A stretch of DNA of 64,000 nt. Source: Rhodosorus marinus CCMP1338 (lineage: Eukaryota > Plantae > Rhodophyta). Positions 36,846-47,304 of this stretch are shown in pieces (position 1 is the stretch's first letter; each line of letters starts with the position of its first letter). The stretch is taken from contig JAMWBK010000001.1 in NCBI GenBank assembly GCA_029953675.1, positions 2,790,001-2,854,000 on the forward strand. Reading direction: 5' to 3'. The translations under genes and the position numbers were made by a program. Under the pieces are notes generated by a model. That model ran no database searches. It saw only the letters and a program-made list of their open reading frames with translations, and was not told where the DNA came from.

Positions 36846-36967
36846 CGTCAGAGCCCGTTAGGGGTAGGCATCCTGTATTTGTTTCTAGCCTGGCTATTTT
36901 TGGCCGCGTCAGCGCCCGTTAGGGGTAGGTGTCGCTTGTATTTGTTTTTACCTCGGCTATTTTTGGC
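36846..36967 (+). repeat. Tandem duplication, 2 x ~60 bp
   Basis: cgtcag.gcccgttaggggtagg...tgtatttgttt...ggctatttttggc starts at 36846 and again at 36907. Confidence 0.85.
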
Positions 36968-37383
36968 TTTTTTTTTATGAACTTCGTGAGAATGTTCGTG
37001 ATTCTTTGGCGAACGTCTCGAAACAGATGTGGATCAGGGGAGCTGCATCGTTGCTGTGATGGCTAAGCTAGTGGGAAAATCTGCATTGCCTTTCGTCAAA
37101 TACCTGCCCTGGCGGTGCGCAGCTCAAAGGTTGGGAGAGCTTGTTAGAACTTGCCAGTCCTACTTCTCAGTACGACTTGCGACCTATGGAGGCGAGGATG
37201 GGGAGTTCCCCTGAGCTCCGTCTTGAATTCATCTCTTAGACTATTTAGTAGCTATTTTCAGGTGTCTAACGACCAGGCGAGCTAGTCGAACTATAATATC
37301 CACGATCTGGTCCATCCAGGACACGGTTTGCACCTTGATCCCCTTTCTAAACCCATAAGCTAAACAACGCATGTATTGCGATC

Positions 37384-38766
37384 CTACGTAGAATAAATCG
37401 TACCCTCCAGTGGGCACGATATGACTCCCTCGCAAGCAACAGGAACATCCATAGGGGGCAGGCCGTGCCTCTCCATCATTGCGTCTGCTCGCTTCCTGGC
37501 CTCGTCTGACCACTGAGAGTTTTTCACTTTCTGCAAAGTAGTCCGTGCAAAACCTGACTGAGCCTGAGAATCCTTGAGGAATCCATCTAGGGCTTTTGGA
37601 AGCAATCTCATGTCGAGATTGCAGTACTCGAAAACCGCTCTCAAGGCGTGCTCCTTGTCCGCAACGATGTCTTCATATCGGACCGCCACCACTTTCATCC
37701 CCTCGTTGCAGAACTCCCTATAAGCTGACAGTATTATAGCGACTGGAAGCAACCCGGCCACGATCGGATATTGGCACAAGTCGACAACGTCCTCTACCGA
37801 AAACCTGCTGTGCGGACCCATCTTGATTTGCGAAAGCTTTCCCGTAATCGTTCCCGCAAAGGCGCTTGTCACTCGCCCTAGTTGAACCAAAGTTAACTGC
37901 CTCAGCAGCTTCTCTAGCGACTCCGCCGTCTTCCTTCGATCCCTCCACATGAATATCTGCTTTGCATTCGGGAAAACGCGGCCGTACAAAGTGACGCACT
38001 CCATATGTGGAGATTTTGGCTTGAAGACGATTGTATCCACCCTCTTCGGTGAAACCACGGGCTTGCACAGCACTCGAATAATATCCCGGGCGAGCACGTC
38101 GATTACTTCCTGCGGAAGGCTTTCCGTCATGAAGCTTAGTGCATCCAGCGCGTAAGGCTCAGAGTAGACGACTGCTGCGTCAGTCGCCTGGAAAGCCTGG
38201 CACAGAAGAGTTGACCCGCATCTGCCTCCGTTCGGTAGAAAGATCAGCCTTGCCGTGGGATCTCCGAGCTCTTCCGCAAACCGATGAAAGTGTTCGATCG
38301 GTACGGTGATCATCCGCTTGGAGTATCTGAACAAATTGACGCTGAAGAACGATCCATACTCCATCCTCCAGAGCTGTTGTCCGGGTTCCGCTTCCACGAA
38401 TACGGCCTCGTTCTTGTTCACATCGTACAGAAAAACGTTATCCTTTCTCAGATAGTCCATCGACACAAACTCTCGGTGCACGGTAACGAAGTTTGCACGA
38501 CCGCTGGCACCCATAAACTCGTCGTACTTGAACCGGTACACAATATCTTGAACCTGCGCTCCAAACCTATACCCAGCCGCAGACTGGCTGGCCCAGAGAT
38601 CGTGCGAGACCCCGGAAAAGAACCATAACATCCTCTGAAACACCCACCAAACCATGCTCATACCGGTCCACAAAACAAAGTACAAGCTCTGAAGAAATAG
38701 ACCAAACCACGACAGCCCGGTCTCATCAAGCCCAATCGAACCCACACTATTGTTCATCAACGACAT
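37384..38766 (-). CDS. Sulfotransferase-like P-loop protein with N-terminal membrane anchor, intronless
   Basis: 460 aa. Contains GGRCGSTLL (5'-PAPS-binding loop type), MWRDRRKTAES (3'-phosphate-binding type), VRYEDIVAD and a hydrophobic N-terminal segment. Confidence 0.75.
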   Translation of the reverse strand: MSLMNNSVGSIGLDETGLSWFGLFLQSLYFVLWTGMSMVWWVFQRMLWFFSGVSHDLWASQSAAGYRFGAQVQDIVYRFKYDEFMGASGRANFVTVHREFVSMDYLRKDNVFLYDVNKNEAVFVEAEPGQQLWRMEYGSFFSVNLFRYSKRMITVPIEHFHRFAEELGDPTARLIFLPNGGRCGSTLLCQAFQATDAAVVYSEPYALDALSFMTESLPQEVIDVLARDIIRVLCKPVVSPKRVDTIVFKPKSPHMECVTLYGRVFPNAKQIFMWRDRRKTAESLEKLLRQLTLVQLGRVTSAFAGTITGKLSQIKMGPHSRFSVEDVVDLCQYPIVAGLLPVAIILSAYREFCNEGMKVVAVRYEDIVADKEHALRAVFEYCNLDMRLLPKALDGFLKDSQAQSGFARTTLQKVKNSQWSDEARKRADAMMERHGLPPMDVPVACEGVISCPLEGTIYST

Positions 38767-40989
38767 AATTTTGTTCCCAAACTACTCAAAACCTATCCCA
38801 ATTCAAAAAAAAAAATTCCCTACTTGGCTATCATCCTCCCCTCCACTCCCCTCCACTCCCCTCCCCTCCCGCGCGAACCACGCCAAAACTCTTAGCAAAC
38901 CCTTTTAATAAATCCCCTAGGTCACCTAAAACACAATATCTCTTTCTCTTCCCTCCCTCTCTCCCTCTATATCTCAAGATCAATACACCCTTCTTTCGGC
39001 TTTTATCCTCTTATTTCAACCTTACCTCCCCTTCCCCCAATTTCCCTCCCCGCCTTCCACCTTCCAAGCCTCCTCAGCATAAAAGCGATTGTTTCCCTTC
39101 TCCTCTCCAGCTCTCTGAACGAGCCCCTCATTCTCACCAATCGCCAATTCGCAACTACATAACGGAGTTACCTCCATTGAAATAATGACTAATATTCAGT
39201 CCAAAACAATATTGTACTCGCCGCTTTATTCAACCCCTGAAAACTCTTCCGTTCGCCAATCCACGCATGTTTTTTAATATTTTTATGAACATAATTGGAA
39301 AAAATACCATGACTACTACTACTACCTTACCCCTCGTCCTAGTGGAACCAAAAAAAACGGACTGAGGAAATTGAGCGGACCGAGAAATTGACCGGATCGA
39401 GTTAACGAAAGAGGTTCGGTGGTTCCCAGCCAACGACTCTTACCCTCGGGTAAGAGTTGTTAGTAAATTGGTTTATGTATGTTTTTATAGGACTAAAGGA
39501 AGCTTTGGGTTTCGTTGGGACGGAGGGGGGGGAGGTAGGGCCTAAAAAGTAGCGATGTGTTTATGTCGGTTTGAAAGAGGGTTTTTCAAATGTCAAAATT
39601 TTTTTTGGCCTAGAGAGAAGGCTCTGTCTGTTCTAAAACTAGAGTATAAGTTTCTATCGGGTCTGAAAAGCAGCATATGCTTTCGTAAATCTTGACATTT
39701 TATAAGGCCAAAAAATGCAATCACGGAAGTATGTCCTTTTATTGAGTTAAATCTGGATTGTAGTTAACTATTTTTGACCGACCAAGTTTGCTGACAGGAA
39801 TGCTCCAAAAAAAAGAGAAAAAGCAGAGCAAGCTTGCCTCTCAAAACTAATGAACTCATTCGTTCTAGTACCCCTTCCCCTCAACACACACAAATCCACA
39901 ACTTTCATAATTATCTAATAAATTTGCATTTACAAGTGCAGTTGTACACCCCAACCAAGCCCCGCTTAAAGTGGTGACATGGGGCATGCCCCATAAATGC
40001 CTAGTGCCCAACAAACGAGATAATAAAATTAGATAGGTATCCTTGATATGGGGCATAGTTCGGGGCATATCGCATTGGGGCGGACGTGCTATGCATATTT
40101 ATTTTATATATTCATGAAAATGATGCCCCTAACAATATGTCGTATTACAACTAAAATACAATATATCGATGCTCATTCGTACGATGAAGAAAAATCGAAT
40201 GCCTCATAATACTGAATTATTCATCTAAAATTCATTATAGTTAGTGACACAGAAAGCCGTCTTTCAACCACATATTCTACCTGATCAACAGCCCCAAAAA
40301 ACCACAATTTTTGAGAAGCCGGCTAAGGATTTGCGGCAAATGGAGGCAAGCTTTAGGGGGCACTATAATCCGAACGATCCGGTTGGTTTAGAAAATTTGA
40401 TATTGATTGCCTCCATGGGGGTGAATGGGGGCATCAAAATCGTTGAAATTTGCTTCATTTTGATAATGAGGCAATGTAGGAGGCATGCCTCATATGCACC
40501 TTACCTCATGTGGATCTGGCCCCGTGCCAGATGAAAATTTTTGTTCCCGGATTCCTAGGAAGAGATAAGTAAATAAATTATCATAAAACGTTTGTTGGCG
40601 TGGCCCAGTGTCAGTTTGTATAAGTTAGTACGTGATAGTACTGAGGGATAATGTTAATACTAATGAGACTTTTTTTGGGGGTTTTCTTGCTATAGATTTT
40701 GAGACATTTTGATTCGGTTGTCTTTTGGGGGGATTGGGGCGGCTGAGTTAGGTGGTGGGCGATTGAGGGTGAAGGGGGGGGGGGGAGCCTTGAGGAGCAC
40801 TTGAAGATAGGTAGTGACTGGAACATGATGCTCCAGGGATGACTATCTGTAGCTTCTGATGTCATGTAGTCAGTACTTGGCTTTTCTACAGTGCTAAAGG
40901 TTACTGGTCGTTTGTTTATTGCTTTAGTTGTGCTGTGAATCTTGTCGTTTGAAACTCTTTTTTTTGGGTGGGGGAGTGGAGCGTTGAGA

Positions 40990-42006
40990 ATGGAGGCCAC
41001 GTTGGAAAATGGGACAGTGAAAAGCCTTGAGGAATCTATGGGAGAGCTTCATGTAGACGAGGTGAAGAAGCTCCCACCACTAGATCCGGCTGAGTTCAAG
41101 CTGAAGTACGAGGTGAAGATCAAGATGTCTACGTTCGGGGAGCACTTGGCTAAGGACCTGTTTCTGATCGGCCACAACGGGCTGAGATGGGAGCTGATGG
41201 ACCTTCAGAGAGTGATGCGCCGGTTTTTCAACGAGAGGTTTCAGGTGGGAAAAACCGATGTCGAGCAGCTCTTCGGCTGGCTCGAAACCTTCTTTGAGCT
41301 TGTGGGAGAGTATTTCGATTACGAGGAGACTTTGCTGTTTCCGTGGATCTCTACGAGAATGTTGCTCAAGTTTGGGGAGCATGGTATCCATCTCCGATTA
41401 CGAATGAAGGCCAGGCTTTTGCTGGTCATGCGAGCATGTGAAGATTACTACTCAAGGTTTTTGTACACGGCACCAGGAGAGTTGCTCCCAGAGTTCTGCG
41501 AGGTCCTGAGGTTTCTGACTGAGGCTCTGTTAGAGTACATTGACTTTGAGGAAAGGGGGGTCATGGCCTTTGTTGCCGCGAAGATTGACGAGAAGGATAC
41601 ACTTGAATACTACGAGCGCATGCAGAAGTTTATCGTGGCGGCGGACTACCCCTTACAGCTTTTCATATTCTTCACAAGACATGTAAAAATGTCTGACTAC
41701 TTTCCCGCTTTCATCCGTGCGTGCGAAGAGAACCCCAAGGAGCACCAAGAGGCGTGGACGCACTTCAACCAGATCAGTACCATTCTGAGTGAATCGACTC
41801 AGAACGTGGCTCTAGACCTGCCGGAGGATCTCCCGCAGATTACAAAGTCAGCTAAGCGATTGAGCAATCCGCTAGCCTTCTTGCGCGGTTCGAAGGACGA
41901 AGAAAGGGAAAAACGGAACGTGAGACGAAGCAGTGGCTCATCGAGCGGCAAAGCCAACGGCGTGAAGGGCTGGAGGCGATCAGCTTCGAAGAAAAGCGCA
42001 GTGTAG
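40990..42006 (+). CDS. Hypothetical protein with hemerythrin-like four-helix pattern
   Basis: Long intronless ORF with GHNGLRWEL...YFDYEETLLFPW...YIDFEE, the spacing of an HHE/hemerythrin-like domain. Confidence 0.6.
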   Translation: MEATLENGTVKSLEESMGELHVDEVKKLPPLDPAEFKLKYEVKIKMSTFGEHLAKDLFLIGHNGLRWELMDLQRVMRRFFNERFQVGKTDVEQLFGWLETFFELVGEYFDYEETLLFPWISTRMLLKFGEHGIHLRLRMKARLLLVMRACEDYYSRFLYTAPGELLPEFCEVLRFLTEALLEYIDFEERGVMAFVAAKIDEKDTLEYYERMQKFIVAADYPLQLFIFFTRHVKMSDYFPAFIRACEENPKEHQEAWTHFNQISTILSESTQNVALDLPEDLPQITKSAKRLSNPLAFLRGSKDEEREKRNVRRSSGSSSGKANGVKGWRRSASKKSAV

Positions 42007-43037
42007 TGGACGTGAACGCCCTAGGCGTCGCAGGGATTTCATAGGAACACCGAAGAGAGGATTGTAAATAGGATTGTCACAGCAGCAGTGGTATGTGAAG
42101 GTGACTTACCAATACTAATGAGTCGAGGGCTCTCGCAAAGCAACGTCACCAGAGGGATGGACAAGAGGTACAAAGGACTGAAACGATGAGTCGTTCAAAG
42201 CTATTGATGCATCCGCTAGATTATGCTCTGGAATGCCTGAGGAGTTCTTGCTAACAGAGGACTTGAAAAGCAGATCGGTGCCTGCCGGTCTTGTTGAAGG
42301 GGAAAGGGGTAAAGCAATGGAGGGAGAGGGAGCGGACTGGAGAAGACATGCAGAAATACATACCTACTAGAAAGTCTGCTCCCTATTAAAAAGCCCACAA
42401 GCTCAACAAGTTCCGAACAACCTCGTCCACCACCGCTTGAACCCCGGCAAAATCAGTCATTACGACCGATAATGACTGAAAATCCTAAACAATTCCAATA
42501 TTCATAAGCAAACACGGGCGCCACGAAAAGTCAAGGTTCTTTAAGCGTCCCCTGTAATCAGTCAATTCAGTTGACTGATGCTCCAATAAATAGCTAAATT
42601 AAAACAATTATGCAGTCAATATGCATAATTGGCTGAAATATTGATATGACTCTTATGATCGACAAAAGAAATTGTTAAGTGTCACCATATTCTGAGTCCA
42701 GTAAAAGATTGAATAGCTGTTTTAATTTTTTTAAATATTGTATAAAGTTGGGGCTTGATTGATCCTTGACGAAGGAGGGAGGTGACTCTTATATGGAATA
42801 TATAAATTTCATGAGGACGGTGGATTTGAAGGTGGAGATTTCTTGCGGTGAAGAAGAAGAGGTGAAGATGAGAGGGATTTTGGCTCGTTATTAGGAGGAA
42901 AGAAAGGAAGATTTCGAAGGGGTAAAGTGAGGGCTTGGAGATTTGATCTAGTGCTTTGGTTTAGGTCTTTGTTTAGTTCTGGTTAAGTAGGGAGGGGGAG
43001 GGAGGGAAGACTGACGGGTCGAGCACAGGTTGTTGGG

Positions 43038-43707
43038 ATGGGGGGCGGCGGTAGCGGTGCGGTTTGCATGTACAAGGATCGAGCCGGGATGGCATCGATG
43101 CCGATTGGATTTGTAGCGCCATGGGAAATGAAAGGGTTTGGGAGTGGTGTAGTTGAGGAGCTGGTAGGGAGGGCTCAGCGGCATGCAGCGAATGGTATGG
43201 GCCAGGTGTTTCGTATCCTGAAAGTGAAAGGTGACGGGAGGTGCCTGTTCAGATCGATCGCGAAGAATTTGGCTCTGTTTGGTGGACGAAGTTTACCGGA
43301 GAGGCTAGAAAAGCAAGATGCTGATGCGTTGAGGGAGGCCGCGTTTAAGGTAGGATGTTCAGATCGCGGTGGATTTGCGGACATTCAGCTTTGTTGTAAA
43401 CCTCCTTTGATTATGATTTCTCTAGGTGATTTGCGTCGATAAGAGGGAAGATTTCCGTAAGAAAGGAATCATCGAAGGAGATATCGCCAACTACTGTACC
43501 AGAATGAGAAATCCCGACTTCTACGGCGGTGAACCTGAAATGTTTGTACTAGCGGAGGTTCTTCAGACGCCCATTGGGGTCTATTTACAGATTTCACATA
43601 ACAAGTTCCAGAAACTTGTGATGTACGGAGCCCAGTTCGCAAAGAAAACCAAGGATGAGATTCGTGTCCTGTACAACGGCACCAACCACTACGACGCGCT
43701 GATCTAG
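43038..43707 (+). CDS. OTU-domain deubiquitinase, 2 exons
   Basis: VKGDGRCLFRS (catalytic D/C), YGGEPEMFVL and YNGTNHYDAL (catalytic H). Intron 43350-43425 joins FK/VICVDK in frame. Confidence 0.9.
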
Positions 43708-44641
43708 CGAGCATGTACTTTCGTTTTTTTCTCCTTGGACGGAGGAAGGGGAACCCGTAATTTTTGGATAGTTAGAGAAAGATAGAAGCAGGCTGTGAAT
43801 CACAAAAAAGGGGGGGAAACCATAATCCCCGACGAAGTCTGGAGATCCAGCAGGCGGCCTTCTCAAATCCGCTTACTATACAGGGCCACCACGCGCGTTG
43901 CAGGAGCTCATCCTCGTCAATTTCTTAATCGATTCAAGACCTACGTACTCTGAAATCGACAAGAACAGCACAGTTGATTCCTTCCCAATCAGCTGCTGCC
44001 TGTCATGCAGAGACTTCACGCAGATGTACGAGCCCCTCTTGTCTGCTGAGTCTGGTTACAATTTCTTTTCTCATATGTCAGCGAGTCGTCTTATAGGAAG
44101 CTCCTCCGGCTCTACTGATCTGGAGCCTGAAGAGCTTCGATCCGACTGTCTCAGCTACAAGCAGACGCCAACGATTTAGATTTTAGTACCAGCTACTATA
44201 AAACACTAAGAGTACATTCGCTCTCGAATGGTGGACAGTGGAGTGGGGAAGAAGCACTTGGTATCGGTCTGGGGAAGAGTCGATTATCAATTTATGCGCT
44301 CAACTGGCCAAATAACAACGCCAAAGTGTGCTGTTCAAATTGTTCTCTTGATTTCTAACGCGATCATCTCCTGGAATTTTGAGCTTCAGCTTGTCTGGGT
44401 GTGAACCGGAGCTGAGACAGAGGTTCCGCCGAGACAGCCTCACCGAAAAGCTCAGTACGAGATTGACATAAACGATGTTCACCGTCATCAGACCCTCCTC
44501 ACACCCCGCCGCCCGGCGGTAAGTAACTCGACTCTTCATGGTCGGGAAGAAGGAAAACCTATGCCGTATCAAGTTGTGGGCGGGAGGACAGCATAGCAGT
44601 TCCTTTTCCCGATGATGAATTGGTGAGATCGATTTGGAGCA

Positions 44642-46702
44642 ATGGAAACGAATCTTGGGTTTCTGACGTCACCTGCTGGCGTTTGGTCTAAGAAGAACCG
44701 ACGGAGAAGGACTGTAGATACGGCCAAGACGGTGAGAATTGAACAAGGAACTGTACATGAATCCAGTTTAGAAGATGGAGCGAAATCTATGTATTTGGAC
44801 AGCGCGAGTCGTTCAAAGCCATTTCAGTGCTCTGTCGACGCTCTTCAGCAGTTTTATACACGCGAGAATGCGTATGTGGCCAACGTCGGGGTTTGTTCGA
44901 ATACTCTCGCGAAGGAGCTCGCTTTTGAGATTGATCAGGCCAGATCTTGCATAAGGTAAAACAAAGCCGAACCTGTGGATGAATTCCTTCTGAAGTTCGC
45001 CGGCTTTTTGCCGGCGTTGTTCCATCCAGTTGCCTTAGTCTTCGACAGACCCGCGAAGGATGTGGTTTTTCTGACCGATTTTGTTCCCCATCTGAATCGA
45101 GTCAGGAGTCTGATCAATGGAGATAGTGAGAGCGAGATTGTGCTAACTGGAGGAGCTACGGAGGCGATCAACATTTTAGCGATGTCATGGGGATCATCAT
45201 TTCTTCAAGCCGGCGACGAGATCATTGTATCCACGATGGAACACCACAGCAACATCATTCCTTGGCAGATGATAGCAGAACGAACCGGAGCAAAGCTGAA
45301 GTTCCTGAACATCTCCCCCAAAGGAGACCTCCAAGTCAAAAATCTGGCGAAAACAATCAACCCCAGGACAAAGCTGCTCGCCGTTACCCACGTCTCCCAC
45401 GTCCTTGGATCGGTCAATGATGTCAAGTCACTCGTGGATTACGCAAAGTGCGTCAACGTGAAGGTGAGGAGACTCCTCCAAATGACCCAGAGCTAGACTA
45501 CAAAAATTTTAAGCAACAAGAACGTGAGCGCAGCGACACCTGAGGCTCGTAGTTCTATGCTGTCTGGCGTCTTAACGGAACCAAGATAGAGCTTCCTCGC
45601 CGGGGATAAGATCAGCCCAGCTGATCCACCGGACGGAAGGTCTGGTTCTCCAGCGCCTGAGAAGCTGCTACAAAAAGACACGTTGGGAGAGAAACAGGCC
45701 TAAAACTGTTATTGCTCGTGCATATTCTTTAAGGTCCTTGTCGATGCCTGTCAGAGCCTGCCGTATATGAAAGTCGATGTGAAACAACTTGGATGTGACT
45801 TTCTCGTCGGATCCGGTAACAAACTGTTCGCAGCGGGTGGCGTCGGATTCTTGTACGTCAAGAAGAGCGTGCTAAAGAGTATCCCTGCGTTTCTAACCGG
45901 TAAGTTGATACTAGTTTTCGTTGGTTGTGCCGCGACAGCCGGTCTCGCCGGTCATCAAACGCTGTGGGACTGACGGGAGCTCGAGTTTCGAGCTCTTATG
46001 TTGAGACTACCGCAAACAAGCTGATATCAGCACAGCGCTCTGCGGCCTGGAGCAATGTACCCCTGCTAAGCAAGGACTTTCCGTGCGCTATGACTAAGGC
46101 GGAGAATCAATGTTCTCCAATGTGTCTCTGGAGAAGTCAGCGATCGAGTGCGGTAGGCTGGAGGCGGGATTCCCACCCGCGGCGCAGGTCTTGGCGTTGG
46201 CATCATCTGTCCAGAAGCTCAAAAGTTCGCTGGTTTTCGAGTCGGCTCCAGCAGTCGGCCCGATGAGGAACTCCCCTCAGGTCGATAAGCACAGTGCTCT
46301 TTTGAGCCAAATTTTACTCGAACAACTTTCAGACGTTCCCAGAATCACCGTCTACTCCCCGGGACCAGATTCCAGACCGAGAGTTCCCATTTGCGCGTTC
46401 AACGTTGACGGAACAGATGCGGAGGTCATACAATCCATGCTACGAGAGAAAGGTAAATTCCAAGACCATCTGCGCACCCCCGAGGGACCGAGGAATCTCA
46501 ACGTCCCCATCCTTTTGCGTGAGCAGGAATCTACATTAGCGCCGGTACACATCAAGCGATTCCTCTTCACCGTGAGCTTGGGATCGAGTCGTCTGTGCGC
46601 GTTTCCTTCTCTCACTATAATACTGTAGATGACGTGGCGAGATTCACAGATACACTGAAGCTAGCCGTTGACGAGCTTCCCAGAAGCCGAAGTAGTCCTT
46701 AG
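44642..46702 (+). CDS. SufS/NFS2-like PLP-dependent protein (class V aminotransferase fold) lacking the catalytic Cys; 5 exons; probable plastid transit peptide
   Basis: YLDSAS, TGGATEAIN, STMEHHSNIIPWQ, VTHVSHVLG, VDACQS, GSGNK, LEAGFP and SVRVSFSHYNT. Predicted introns at ~44957-45105, 45464-45733, 45900-46098 and 46453-46526. Confidence 0.88.
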
Positions 46703-47304
46703 CCGTACGTCCTTCGGGGCGATGTGGCAGTGCTCATTGTGTACAATATAGCAAAACTTGGTAACAAGCGAGACAAGTTCCGGAACCTACATTCGTGGCA
46801 GCCGAGGAAGTCAGGTCTTGGAGCTGACGAAGAGTGAGGAGAAGTACTCTTGCTGGTTGCTCATAGCGTCTCTCGAGCGACTCGACAACGGCATGGAAGA
46901 ACAAATCTGCGCTCCCGAGATGAGTTTCTCAAGAGGAGGGACTGTGGTCTTCAGTCGTGTAGTCTCAGCTCCACTGAGACGCCAAACAGCGAAAGCTAGC
47001 TTATCAAGCCTGTGGTAAATTCTGTAGATAATTAGAATACAAAAGCAGAAACGAAGCCGATCTGGGAGAGCCCTGTTCCAGTAGCTGTGGCACCGGGTAC
47101 CAACCAGAGTACCGGTTGCAAGCCATCAGCGTGGCGTTAATCCTGGGCGTGAGCTGGGTTGGTTGAGTACCGTCAACGTCCTAGTCTTGCACTTGATGCT
47201 GTATCGTACGGGGTAACGGGGTTGGGGCGTATTCTGCGGGTTATTTACATTCGTAAACGTCTACGGACCCTTGAATCCTAGTTCATCCACTTGGATCGGT
47301 TGGT

